A DNA stretch of 64,000 nt from Candidatus Magasanikiibacteriota bacterium. GTDB taxonomy: Bacteria; Patescibacteriota; Patescibacteriia; Magasanikbacterales; UBA922. Of the stretch, positions 22,669-32,675 are shown piece by piece. The DNA is taken from assembly GCA_002716765.1 (NCBI GenBank), contig PBBY01000016.1, positions 47,322 to 111,321 on the forward strand, read 5' to 3'. The notes under the pieces were generated by a model. The model did not search any database and was not told where the DNA came from. It was given only the letters and a program-made list of their open reading frames with translations. Numbering within the stretch: position 1 is the stretch's first letter; the number at the start of each line of letters is the position of its first letter. The translations under genes were made by a program, and so were the position numbers.

Positions 22669-22698
22669 AGTATATAACAAAAAATTAATTTTTGTCAA
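22669..22698 (-). promoter_or_regulatory. sigma70 promoter
   Basis: TTGACA-18-TATACT. Confidence 0.7.
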
Positions 22699-22749
22699 GT
22701 CTATTAACACATTTGTTTATTTTTTAGCTTATTTTAGTTTATTTTAAAA
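22689..22749. repeat. 61-bp exact direct repeat, copy 1 (-35 plus upstream A-tracts)
   Basis: identical to 23389-23449, offset 700 bp. Confidence 0.95.
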
Positions 22750-22751
22750 GC

Positions 22752-22809
22752 AAAAATCCCCCACATCGAGTACATCATAACTGACATTAACTACGTGGGA
22801 GACAAGTTA
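22752..22809 (-). terminator. long-stem terminator-like hairpin, copy 2
   Basis: minus strand CTCCCACGTAG...CGATGTGGGGGA + T5; homologous to 22326-22387. Confidence 0.7.
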
Positions 22810-23334
22810 TAGGATATTTTTAACCATACCAACAAACGTAGAAATTGCCTTCGAGATACTCAAGACACCAACAGAAAGCTGATATACTAACCAGGCACTA
22901 TAACTGAGTAAAACAGTAACAAAACAGCCCCATTTTACTACGATAAACGTGGTAATAGCAGAAAGAACTCTTTTGTGGCCAGGAATGAAGAATACCATCA
23001 TTCCAACCACTTTATATGCTCCAATCCACAGAAAGAGGGTGCAGCATAGCCCAACACCTATCCAAGGTAGTGGTCGACTCAACAATGCGCTAAGACCTAA
23101 GGTGGAAGGCCCATCACCCCAAAGGAAAGCTGTGACAACTCCCACAACGAGCCCCACAAACCAACTTGGAGAGCGACGAGCTCTTTTTGCTGCCCTAACC
23201 ATGATTCGCTGAATGCGCCGCTCTGACATCCACCACGTGTTCCAGGTCCACCAAGACAACACTTCAAGACAGGCCCAGATACCAATAATTTCCAAGCAGA
23301 AGCCGCCAATACTGGTAAAAAGTGAAATGATCAA
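22807..23334 (-). CDS. multi-pass membrane protein, unknown function
   Basis: AAGGAG then TTG start at 23334; several hydrophobic segments, Trp-rich. Confidence 0.65.
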   Translation of the reverse strand: MIISLFTSIGGFCLEIIGIWACLEVLSWWTWNTWWMSERRIQRIMVRAAKRARRSPSWFVGLVVGVVTAFLWGDGPSTLGLSALLSRPLPWIGVGLCCTLFLWIGAYKVVGMMVFFIPGHKRVLSAITTFIVVKWGCFVTVLLSYSAWLVYQLSVGVLSISKAISTFVGMVKNIL

Positions 23335-23369
23335 AATAACTCCTTTTTTTTGTATATTTTTAACAAGAC

Positions 23370-23398
23370 ATAATACCACTTTTTTCTTTTTTTGTCAA
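23370..23398 (-). promoter_or_regulatory. sigma70 promoter
   Basis: TTGACA-17-TATTAT with TGn extension. Confidence 0.75.
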
Positions 23399-23449
23399 GT
23401 CTATTAACACATTTGTTTATTTTTTAGCTTATTTTAGTTTATTTTAAAA
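23389..23449. repeat. 61-bp exact direct repeat, copy 2
   Basis: identical to 22689-22749. Confidence 0.95.
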
Positions 23450-23451
23450 AT

Positions 23452-23487
23452 AAAAACCCTCTTTATACTGTAAAGAGGGGTTTTTTT
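23452..23487 (-). terminator. uvrA terminator
   Basis: AAAAACCCTCTTTA-tactg-TAAAGAGGGGTTTTTTT. Confidence 0.8.
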
Positions 23488-23500
23488 ATGGTGTGTGTAT

Positions 23501-26092
23501 TTATGGTAAGATTTTGCGTAAATACGTGCCAGTATGACTAAAACCACACCGCGCCACTTCTTCTGGTGTTCCTTCAATCACCACCTCCCCACCTTTATCT
23601 CCACCATCTGGCCCTAAGTCTATTATCCAATCCGCACATTTTATTACGTCCAAATTATGCTCAATAACCATAACAGTATTTCCCAGAGAAACGAGTCGGT
23701 CAATAACGGTTATTAATTTTTGTACATCTTCATAATGCAGTCCGGTTGTTGGCTCATCGAGTAAATAAAGTGTTTTAGTGGTATTTCTTTTTGCCAACTC
23801 TTTTGATAACTTAATTCTTTGTGCTTCTCCACCAGATAATGTTTTTGCCGATTGCCCAAGTGTTAAATATCCTAAACCAACTTGATGCAACATAGAAAGC
23901 TTATCTGAAATGGTGGGAATATCGGTAAAAAATTCTGCCGCTTCTTCTATGGTCATCTGTAATACTTCTGCGATATTCTTTTTATTGTAATACACTTGTA
24001 ATGTTTCTTTGTTAAATCTTGCACCGTTACACACATCACAAATAATTTCTACACTCGGCAAAAAGTGCATTTCTATTTCTAACATACCACGCCCTTCGCA
24101 ATGTTCGCATCTTCCGCCAGGCCTATTAAAACTAAAACGACCTTTTTTATATCCACGAATTCTTGCTTCTGGTGTTGCAGCAAAGATATCACGAATTCCA
24201 TCGTATGCTTTTGTGTATGTTGCAGGATTACTCCTAGGCGTTCTTCCAATTGCACTTTGATCAATGCGTATAATTTTATCTATATATTCAAGCCCTTTAA
24301 TCTGTTTGTGCGCGCCGATCGGTTTGTCTACATGATGCAGTTTATTTGCAATTGCGCGATGCACTATCTTATGCATAAACGTAGATTTTCCTGACCCAGA
24401 AACACCGGTTAAACACACAAAGCGGCGTAACGGAATGTTTACTCGTATATTTTTGAGATTATGCTCTGTTGCACCACTCACAACGATTTTTGGTGAATAC
24501 TTATCTACTTTTCTTCTTTTTTTTGGCAGCGCAATATGTTTTTCTCTGCGTAAATATTTTCCTGTTATTGATTGTTCCGGATCTCCTATTACCTTACAAT
24601 CGATATCTTCTATTTTTTTACTCTTCTTACCTTTTTTATGTGCATTAAGTAATGTATTTACTGGGCCAGAAAAAACAATATTTCCACCATGCACTCCTGC
24701 TCCCGGACCAATATCTACAATCCAATCACTAAGCAAAATAGTGTCTTCATCATGTTCCACCACAATAATAGTATTTCCTATATCACAAAGATTACGCAAG
24801 GTTTGAATAAGTTGATCATTATCTTTTTGATGCAAACCAATGGTTGGTTCATCTAAAACATACATTGCACCAACCAATTGCTGACCAACTTGTGATGCCA
24901 ATCTAATTCGCTGTGCCTCTCCTCCAGAAAGTGTTCCGGCACGTCTTTGGAGTGTGACATAATGTAATCCAACATTGAACAAAAACTGTATTCGATTTTG
25001 AATCTCTCGTAACGCTGCCGAAACTATATCTTGTTCCTGTTCTGAAAGTGTGTCTACTACGGTAGCAAAAAAAGTATGCGCTTCTTCAATAGTAAGACCT
25101 ACAATATCTGCAATATTTTTTTCTCCTATTTTTACACTTAACGCATGATCATTTAATCGTTTTCCATTACATGTCTTGCAAAGTTCTTCGCTAAATAATT
25201 CTGCGGTGCCAAGTCCGGTGCAATCTTTGCATTGACCATACGGGCTATTAAAGCTAAATAAGCGCGGCTCAATTTCTGGAAAACTATACCCATCTTTTGG
25301 ACATGAATATTCTGTGCTATACATTACCTCCTCTCCATTTGGAAATAAAACGGTGCACAAACCATTAGATAAATCTACCGCTGACTCAATTGCTTCTGCC
25401 AAACGCTGTTTCTCTCCGTTATCCATTTCTGCGGTAGTAATTGGTGGTGTGTCTATAACAATTTCAATGGTATGTTTTTTATTTTTTGATAATAGTATTT
25501 TTTCTCGTAAACTTTTCATTTTTCCATCAACCCGTACCTGTAAAAATCCAGCATTATACATATCATAAAGCATTTGATAGTACTCCCCTTTTCTTCCACG
25601 AACAACTGGAGCAAATATAGTACATGTCCCATCCTTTATTTTATTTTTAACCGTTGTTTTTAATGCTTTGATAATGTGTACATTCATTTCGTCCGTGGTC
25701 ATTTTTTCTATTTTTGTACCACAAACCGGACAGTGTGGTTTTCCAACTCTAGCAAAAAGGACGCGCAAATAATCATAAATTTCGGTAATTGTTGCAACCG
25801 TTGATCGTGGATTTGCACTATGCGCTTTTTGGTCGATTGAAATTCCCGGGGATAACCCTTCTATTTCATCCACGTCTGGTTTTTGCATGCCACCCAAAAA
25901 CTGCCTGGCATATGCCGAAAGACTTTCTACATATCGTCTTTGTCCTTCTGCAAAAATAGTATCAAAAGCAAGACTCGATTTTCCAGAGCCGGATAAGCCA
26001 GTAAAGACCACCATCTTGTTGCGTGGTAGTTCCACATCAATATTCTTTAAATTATGTTCGCGCGCACCTGTAATTTTTATTTTATCTTGCAT
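23501..26092 (-). CDS. uvrA: excinuclease ABC subunit A
   Basis: [44 protein letters not shown]. Confidence 0.98.
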   Translation of the reverse strand: MQDKIKITGAREHNLKNIDVELPRNKMVVFTGLSGSGKSSLAFDTIFAEGQRRYVESLSAYARQFLGGMQKPDVDEIEGLSPGISIDQKAHSANPRSTVATITEIYDYLRVLFARVGKPHCPVCGTKIEKMTTDEMNVHIIKALKTTVKNKIKDGTCTIFAPVVRGRKGEYYQMLYDMYNAGFLQVRVDGKMKSLREKILLSKNKKHTIEIVIDTPPITTAEMDNGEKQRLAEAIESAVDLSNGLCTVLFPNGEEVMYSTEYSCPKDGYSFPEIEPRLFSFNSPYGQCKDCTGLGTAELFSEELCKTCNGKRLNDHALSVKIGEKNIADIVGLTIEEAHTFFATVVDTLSEQEQDIVSAALREIQNRIQFLFNVGLHYVTLQRRAGTLSGGEAQRIRLASQVGQQLVGAMYVLDEPTIGLHQKDNDQLIQTLRNLCDIGNTIIVVEHDEDTILLSDWIVDIGPGAGVHGGNIVFSGPVNTLLNAHKKGKKSKKIEDIDCKVIGDPEQSITGKYLRREKHIALPKKRRKVDKYSPKIVVSGATEHNLKNIRVNIPLRRFVCLTGVSGSGKSTFMHKIVHRAIANKLHHVDKPIGAHKQIKGLEYIDKIIRIDQSAIGRTPRSNPATYTKAYDGIRDIFAATPEARIRGYKKGRFSFNRPGGRCEHCEGRGMLEIEMHFLPSVEIICDVCNGARFNKETLQVYYNKKNIAEVLQMTIEEAAEFFTDIPTISDKLSMLHQVGLGYLTLGQSAKTLSGGEAQRIKLSKELAKRNTTKTLYLLDEPTTGLHYEDVQKLITVIDRLVSLGNTVMVIEHNLDVIKCADWIIDLGPDGGDKGGEVVIEGTPEEVARCGFSHTGTYLRKILP

Positions 26093-26165
26093 AAATATAG
26101 CTAAAACACAAAAACGCCCCTTTTCGGGGTATATCTATTATATGTAACTAAAAGAACATGCGTAT

Positions 26166-26193
26166 AGTATATCAACAGCCTTGCTCTTGTCAA
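26166..26193 (-). promoter_or_regulatory. uvrA promoter (overlaps a divergent promoter)
   Basis: TTGACA-16-TATACT; plus strand TTGTCA-17-TAGACT overlaps it. Confidence 0.6.
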
Positions 26194-26257
26194 ATAGAAA
26201 AAAATAGTGTAGACTATATTATTACGCTAAATTTAAGGTAATAATATTATTTACTAT

Positions 26258-26857
26258 ATGAAAAACACCACCACATTGTTTGTATGTGTGTTGACTGTTC
26301 TTATTGCCACTGGTTTTGGTTGCAAAGAACAAAACGTACAAAACGTAAACGCCACACAAAAAAAGTCAGCATTCGTTGAAAAAGAGACAGATAATACTGC
26401 GACACCCGAAGAAGTTACTGAAGAGATCGCACAAGAAGTAACACCTTCTGCAAAAAGTTCGGTAAGTGTTACTGCCCCAAAACAAGATAGCGTTTCGACC
26501 AAAATAGTATCAGTCACCGAAGTTGTTGAAACAACAAAAGAGCAAAAACACAAAACAGATTGTCCACAATCTAATCCACGAATTTTAGTAGACAGTTTTT
26601 ATGAGGCACTAAAAGGCGGAAAAGAAAAATTAGCATTAGAGTTAGTAGATATGAACGCCGAAGAATTACTTGCTTTTAAAGAAAAATGGCAACAGATTAC
26701 CGCCAATGATATTATTTATGCACAAGTGGTATACATAGACCATACCTTAGAAAATAGTAAAGAAAGAAAAGAAGTACAAGTGAGAAGAAATAATCATGTA
26801 GATATTTTCCTTACTGAAGTACGAGATGGAAAATGGTGGATTACACAAATTTCATAA
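26258..26857 (+). CDS. putative lipoprotein
   Basis: signal peptide ending ATGFGC; low-complexity linker; C-terminal DGKWWI. Confidence 0.7.
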   Translation: MKNTTTLFVCVLTVLIATGFGCKEQNVQNVNATQKKSAFVEKETDNTATPEEVTEEIAQEVTPSAKSSVSVTAPKQDSVSTKIVSVTEVVETTKEQKHKTDCPQSNPRILVDSFYEALKGGKEKLALELVDMNAEELLAFKEKWQQITANDIIYAQVVYIDHTLENSKERKEVQVRRNNHVDIFLTEVRDGKWWITQIS

Positions 26858-26874
26858 CAATAAAAAAACCCGCT

Positions 26875-27522
26875 TTAGCGCGGTTTTTTTGTTCCAAACA
26901 TAAGTGGTTCTGGATGTGTTACTTCTTTTTGTATCCATCCTTTTAGTCTGGCGAGTTTTTCTCTCATATTGGTATGCCAAATATTTCCCACCAATCCAGA
27001 CGGGGTAATATCTGCAGCAACTCCAATGGTTTTTACCCCAAACTCATTACAAAAATACAATATTCTTGGTAAATGAAATGTCTGAGAAATAGCAATCACC
27101 TGGTCTAATTCCCAATCATATTTTGCTCTATAACAACTGGTATATGTGTTGTAGCCATGACCATCAATATCTATAATATCTTTTGGAACACCCAGTGTTA
27201 TTGCATGCGCTTTCATGGCATCTACTTCATTAAATCTTCTGGCGCCATTGTCTCCGGTCATAATCATTCTTTTTACTTTCCCATTTTTATATAATTCTAC
27301 CGCACGAACCACTCTATCTGTTTGGGCATTACTCATACTTCCATCCTCTTTCATGCCGCCACCAAAAACAAGAACTATGTTTTGTTTCGGAAGCGCCGTA
27401 ATGTCTTTTTCTATATACGAACTATACGAAAGAATGTGGAAATTCGCATACAGTAAAAATCCAAAACCAATACCGCCAAAAAGGATGATAAGACTGATAC
27501 TCTTTTTTATGTATTTTTTCAT
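26875..27522 (-). CDS. SanA/YdcF (ElyC-like) family protein
   Basis: VLVFGGG, MTGDN, EVDAMK, NTYTS, SQTFHLPR, REKLAR. Confidence 0.88.
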   Translation of the reverse strand: MKKYIKKSISLIILFGGIGFGFLLYANFHILSYSSYIEKDITALPKQNIVLVFGGGMKEDGSMSNAQTDRVVRAVELYKNGKVKRMIMTGDNGARRFNEVDAMKAHAITLGVPKDIIDIDGHGYNTYTSCYRAKYDWELDQVIAISQTFHLPRILYFCNEFGVKTIGVAADITPSGLVGNIWHTNMREKLARLKGWIQKEVTHPEPLMFGTKKPR

Positions 27523-27526
27523 ATTA

Positions 27527-29593
27527 TTATTTTTTAATATGTTTCCGGGCACGTAATTCTCGTATTTCGTCGCGCAGGATTGCTGCCAACTCAAATTCTA
27601 GTTTTTTTGCTGCGTCTTTCATTTGCACTTCTTTTTCTTGTATAATCTCGCGCATTGGCCTGGCGTCTCCAAGCAAATCTAGGGCCAGAGTATCTTGTAT
27701 CTTTTTTCCAATTTTTTTTGCGTGTTTTTGTTCTGAAGATACTATACCATATTCTTCTAACATATTCCTCATATGTTTTTGAATTGTTTTTGGTGTAATA
27801 TTGTGTGTTTTGTTATACGCCAACTGTTTTTCTCTTCTTCTGTTTGTTTCTGCAATCGCACGTTTTATAGAACCGGTAATCGTGTCGGCATATAGTATTA
27901 CTTGTCCGTTTACATTTCTTGCGGCTCGACCAATCGTTTGAATTAAGCTCGTATCACTTCGTAAAAACCCCTCTTTGTCGGCATCAAGAATAGCAACCAA
28001 AGACACTTCTGGAATATCTAACCCTTCTCGTAATAAGTTTACCCCAACCAAAATATCGTATTCACCTTTTCGAAGTGCCAAAATAATTTCTATTCGTTCA
28101 ATAGTTTTTATGTCGCTATGTAAATAGGCAACCTTGTACTGTTTTTCTTGTAAATAGTGCGACACATCTTCTGCCATTTTTTTGGTAAGTGTGGTAATAA
28201 GTACTCTTTCATTTTTTGCAATACGATCTTCTACGCGCAATATTACATCTTCCACTTGAGACAATGTCTGTTTTTTTGTTTTTTCATCCTTTTTTCCTGT
28301 AACAGGACAAATAATAATTTCTGGATCAATAAGGCCGGTTGGTCGAATAATTTGTTCTACCACTTGTCCGCTGTGTGCTATTTCATATTCTCCTGGCGTG
28401 GCAGAAACATATACAACATAATCGCGCAATGTATCAAATTCATCAAATTTTAGTGGCCTATTATCTAATGCGCTCGGAAGCCGAAATCCATGTTCTATTA
28501 ATGTTTTTTTTCTTGCCGCATCACCATTATACATACCACGAATTTGCGGCAACGTTACATGAGATTCGTCTATAATAGTTAAAAAACCATGTGTATTATG
28601 TTTTTGAGATGCATGATGAAAATAATCAAGCAAAGTAAACGGTGGTTCTCCGGATTTTCTTTCTTCGAAGTATCGTGAATAGTTTTCTATACCATTACAA
28701 TAACCAATATGCTGTATCATTTCTATATCATAATTTACTTTTCTTTTTAGTCGTTCATATTCAACCACCTTTTCCCTTTTTTCAAAATATGCCAATCGTT
28801 CCACCACATCTTTTTTAATATCTTTTATCGCACATTCTCTTGCTTTTTCACTTACCACATAATGTTTTGCAGGAAAAAACCACGCGTCGTTTACCGAGTG
28901 TAATACCTTATTTGTCACCGGATCAATACGTTCTATATGTTGAATAGTTTCGGCAATCTCACATCTATATATTACCTCTTCATTCACCGGCATAATATCA
29001 AAAATCTGACCACGCATACGAAACGTGCCACGAGTAAGATCACTATTTGTTCGTTCAAATTGCATATCTATAAGACGCTCCATCATGCCACGTCGATTGA
29101 GTGTTTGATCTTTTTCTATATGCAAAACACTTTTTTCATATTCTTTTGGCGATCCAATATTATATATGGCCGAAACCGAAGCAACGATAATAACATCTTT
29201 TTTTGTAAGAATTGCCTGTGTGCAGGCGTGGCGCAACCGATCTATTTCTTCATTAATCTGTGCCTCTTTTTCTATATAAGTATCGGTTGTTGGCATATAT
29301 GCCTCTGGCTGGTAATAATCATAATAACTCACAAAATATTCTACTGAACTATTTGGAAAGTAACCGCGAAATTCCTGACACAATTGTGCGGCAAGTGTTT
29401 TATTATGCGCAATAACCAGTGTTGGTAGCTGTGTTTTTTCTATAACATGCGCCATGGTAAATGTTTTTCCAGAACCAGTCACACCAAGGAGAGTTTGATC
29501 TTTTACCCCTTTTTGTATACCAGAAACAAGCCCTTGAATTGCTTTTGGCTGGTCTCCTGCTGGACTAAATTGTGCATTAATAGTAAATGTCAT
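27527..29593 (-). CDS. uvrB: excinuclease ABC subunit B
   Basis: PAGDQPKAI, LGVTGSGKT, YFVSYYDYYQPEAY, NLLREGLD. Confidence 0.98.
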   Translation of the reverse strand: MTFTINAQFSPAGDQPKAIQGLVSGIQKGVKDQTLLGVTGSGKTFTMAHVIEKTQLPTLVIAHNKTLAAQLCQEFRGYFPNSSVEYFVSYYDYYQPEAYMPTTDTYIEKEAQINEEIDRLRHACTQAILTKKDVIIVASVSAIYNIGSPKEYEKSVLHIEKDQTLNRRGMMERLIDMQFERTNSDLTRGTFRMRGQIFDIMPVNEEVIYRCEIAETIQHIERIDPVTNKVLHSVNDAWFFPAKHYVVSEKARECAIKDIKKDVVERLAYFEKREKVVEYERLKRKVNYDIEMIQHIGYCNGIENYSRYFEERKSGEPPFTLLDYFHHASQKHNTHGFLTIIDESHVTLPQIRGMYNGDAARKKTLIEHGFRLPSALDNRPLKFDEFDTLRDYVVYVSATPGEYEIAHSGQVVEQIIRPTGLIDPEIIICPVTGKKDEKTKKQTLSQVEDVILRVEDRIAKNERVLITTLTKKMAEDVSHYLQEKQYKVAYLHSDIKTIERIEIILALRKGEYDILVGVNLLREGLDIPEVSLVAILDADKEGFLRSDTSLIQTIGRAARNVNGQVILYADTITGSIKRAIAETNRRREKQLAYNKTHNITPKTIQKHMRNMLEEYGIVSSEQKHAKKIGKKIQDTLALDLLGDARPMREIIQEKEVQMKDAAKKLEFELAAILRDEIRELRARKHIKK

Positions 29594-29645
29594 GGTCAAA
29601 CTGTAGCAGAAAAAAACATTATATTCAATACCTGTACCTATGTTA

Positions 29646-30998
29646 TTATAATGTAAAACACTCTCCTTCTTCTGGGACAAACGCTTCAATCCCAAGCTCA
29701 TGGTGCAATTTATGTGCCAAGGCTGTTGCTGGAACGGCCTCGCCATGCACACAAAACACTGTTTTTGGCACTTTTTTGGCATGTCTTACCCAATTTACCA
29801 ACTTTTTTTGATCACCATGAGCCGAAAGAGCGCCAATTGCCGTAACTTTTGCTTTTACCGATACGCTATCGTTATGGATTGTTACCTGTCTTGCGCCTTC
29901 ATACAGTTTTCTTCCTAAAGTATTTTTAGCCTGATACCCAACAATCACTAACATTGATCGCTCATCGGGTAAATATCTTTTTGCATGATGCAGTATTCTT
30001 CCTCCATTCATCATACCAGAACCAGCAATGACACATTTTGGCCCTTTGACTGAGTTTATTTTTATTGAATCTTCTTTGCGCAATGTAAGTGTTAAATTAG
30101 GGAATTCAAAAAAATCATCTCCAGCACTATATTTTTTAAAAGCCTCCTCGTCATAATATTCTGGATGTGCTTTGTACACATCAATTGCGCGAATTGCCAT
30201 TGGGCTATCTAGAAAAATAGGAATTTTAGGAAGCAATTTTTTGTTTTCAAACATGTCGTTTAGTGTGTAGAGAATCTCTTGTGTTCTTTCCAAAGAAAAT
30301 GCTGGCATCATAATAGTACCACCGCGTGCAATTGCTTCTTTAAATATATCAAAAAATATCTTTTCTCTATCTTTTCGTGATTCGTGAAGCCTGTTTCCAT
30401 ATGTTGATTCAATAAGCAATGTGTCGAGTGAGCCAAGCTGTTCTGTTTCTCTTAGAATCGGCACATCTTTATTACCAATATCACCAGAATAACATAGTGT
30501 TTTTCCGTTTACTGAAATTTCAATAAATGCAGCACCAAAAATATGGCCCGCATCTTTAAATACCACCGAAATACCGCTTCCTAAATCAATTGTTTCATTA
30601 TACAAAACGCCAGTTGAGTGCGAATATGCTGCTTCTATGTCTTCTGGATAAAAGAGTATTGGTGACTGAAATTTTCTATTATTATAGGACATAATGTGAT
30701 AGGAATCCTCCCAAATAATTTTTGCCAACTCTTGTGTCCCTTTTGTCATGTATATTGGACCACTAAACCCTTCTTTAATAAGTTTTGGAACTCTTCCGCA
30801 ATGGTCGGCATGCGCATGACTTACCAAGACCATATCAACGCTTTTTGGATCAAATGGAAAAGTGTCGTTATTTTTTCCTTCATTAAAATCAGACCCTTGA
30901 AACATTCCACAATCAAGTAAGATTTTTTTTGATCCAGTGTCTAATAAATGACAGGATCCGGTTACCTCGTGTGCAGCACCAAAAAAAGTGATATTCAT
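29646..30998 (-). CDS. MBL-fold beta-CASP ribonuclease
   Basis: SHAHADHCG, AGHIFG, ESTYG, GGRILHH, SAHGD, VHGE. Confidence 0.92.
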   Translation of the reverse strand: MNITFFGAAHEVTGSCHLLDTGSKKILLDCGMFQGSDFNEGKNNDTFPFDPKSVDMVLVSHAHADHCGRVPKLIKEGFSGPIYMTKGTQELAKIIWEDSYHIMSYNNRKFQSPILFYPEDIEAAYSHSTGVLYNETIDLGSGISVVFKDAGHIFGAAFIEISVNGKTLCYSGDIGNKDVPILRETEQLGSLDTLLIESTYGNRLHESRKDREKIFFDIFKEAIARGGTIMMPAFSLERTQEILYTLNDMFENKKLLPKIPIFLDSPMAIRAIDVYKAHPEYYDEEAFKKYSAGDDFFEFPNLTLTLRKEDSIKINSVKGPKCVIAGSGMMNGGRILHHAKRYLPDERSMLVIVGYQAKNTLGRKLYEGARQVTIHNDSVSVKAKVTAIGALSAHGDQKKLVNWVRHAKKVPKTVFCVHGEAVPATALAHKLHHELGIEAFVPEEGECFTL

Positions 30999-31104
30999 AT
31001 CGTAAAGCTAATAGATAATAATTGACTCGTAAGTATATATAGCGTATCATATTTGACATATTATTCCTATACAATCATAAGGAAATTTGCTACCATTATA
31101 TTGT

Positions 31105-31725
31105 ATGCGAACACAAAAATACACCCCAACCCAAATACAGGAACCTGCTATTACAGAAATACATAAAAAAAAGTCATGCCTTTTCCGCACCTGTATTTCT
31201 GGCTTTGGTTGTATTATTTTGTTTATTATTGCCAGCGTCTTTTTAATAAAAAACATTACTCACCCAAGAGAAAAAAAAATAGACAAAATTCCAGACCATA
31301 TTGTTTCACATGTGCCTCTTTACGAAATAGAAAATATTTCACAAATAACAAAACGAGTTGAAACCTCTAAAGAAAGTGTTGGAAATAAACTGTTTCTGTT
31401 AATCAAACCAAGCATTTCTTTTTTAGACAGAAACACTTCACTAGATTTACAAGACACGCTCAATTTCTCCTCTAAAGACACTTCCTATTATGTTTACTCC
31501 TTTTACTGGAAAGATTTAGGTGCAAAACCTTCTTTTATTATACGTCATTATGCGCAAAAACTTACTGAAAGCGGTTTTACTATTTTAGAAAAACAAGACA
31601 AGCCTACTAAAAGCAGCTTTTCTTTTTATAAAAATGATATTCGTGGTATACTTAATGTGGTCCACACAATCGAAACCTATGGTACAAAAGGAGTGTATCT
31701 GCAAATCACCCTACCAAAAGAATAA
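31105..31725 (+). CDS. hypothetical single-TM protein
   Basis: KKKSC..CISGFGC followed by a TM helix. Confidence 0.7.
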   Translation: MRTQKYTPTQIQEPAITEIHKKKSCLFRTCISGFGCIILFIIASVFLIKNITHPREKKIDKIPDHIVSHVPLYEIENISQITKRVETSKESVGNKLFLLIKPSISFLDRNTSLDLQDTLNFSSKDTSYYVYSFYWKDLGAKPSFIIRHYAQKLTESGFTILEKQDKPTKSSFSFYKNDIRGILNVVHTIETYGTKGVYLQITLPKE

Positions 31726-31750
31726 TTTTTACCCCAATAACCCGCCTTCT

Positions 31751-32671
31751 ATGGCAATTAAAAAAATCACAACAGACAAATTATCTTGGATTAATATAGA
31801 CCAAGTAAATAACGAGGCTATTACATTTTTAAAAAGTGAATACAACTTTCACCACTTAGACTTGGAAGATATTCAAGGTGAAACGCAAACACCAAAACTT
31901 GATACATATAAAAATTATCTTTTTTTAGTTATACAAGTACCACACTGGAACGAAGAAACAAAATCAATAAAAACGCATGAAGTTGATATTTTTATAGGAG
32001 ATGGATTTCTTATAACCATACAACATACCAAGTCCAAAGAGGTAAAGAACTTTTTTTACAGATGTATGAAAAAAAAGCGAATCAAAAAAGAATGGATGCG
32101 ATCTAATTCTGGCTATTTACTGTACTCACTCCTAGAATCTCTTTTTAAGGATTTTCAACCAACACTGAACAAAATTGGGAAAGAGCTTACCAAAATAGAG
32201 CAAGACGTATTTGAAGGAGAGCAAAATACGCAGCTTGTTAGAGAATTAGCCATTTACCGCAGAAGTGTCCTTGCGCTTCGTCGAATCGTTGACCCGCAAC
32301 GGTATCTAATGGCAAATCTTGCCCATATCAGAAAACCATTTCTGAACGAAGAAACCAGCCTGTATTTTGATGATATTAATGACTATCTAAACAAAACATG
32401 GGCCATTATAGACACATACCGGGACAGCATTCAAGGGCTTCACGTAACGGTTGAGTCACTTATAACCCAAAAGACAAACAAGGTTATTAGCATGCTTACA
32501 GTTATTTCTGTCTGTCTTTTACCATTTACTGTTTTAGCAAGTATTTATGGTATGAACATAACAGGGTTACCATTTGCCAAAGATCCTGTATGGATCTGGA
32601 GCATGTTTGTCTTTCTTGCATTATTACTTGTAGTAATAATGCTTGTCATGCGATCAAGAAAATGGCTATAA
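31751..32671 (+). CDS. corA: CorA family Mg2+ transporter
   Basis: FHHLDLED, YGMN, two C-terminal TMs. Confidence 0.92.
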   Translation: MAIKKITTDKLSWINIDQVNNEAITFLKSEYNFHHLDLEDIQGETQTPKLDTYKNYLFLVIQVPHWNEETKSIKTHEVDIFIGDGFLITIQHTKSKEVKNFFYRCMKKKRIKKEWMRSNSGYLLYSLLESLFKDFQPTLNKIGKELTKIEQDVFEGEQNTQLVRELAIYRRSVLALRRIVDPQRYLMANLAHIRKPFLNEETSLYFDDINDYLNKTWAIIDTYRDSIQGLHVTVESLITQKTNKVISMLTVISVCLLPFTVLASIYGMNITGLPFAKDPVWIWSMFVFLALLLVVIMLVMRSRKWL

Positions 32672-32675
32672 CAAC

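Noticed and set aside
22326-22809. Repeated post-stop hairpins as integron attC sites
   Set aside because: TAAC is present at the start but there is no matching GTTRRRY end and no integrase; the U-tract fits a terminator
22689-23449. CRISPR array
   Set aside because: Only two copies 700 bp apart, no spacer-sized intervals, no cas genes
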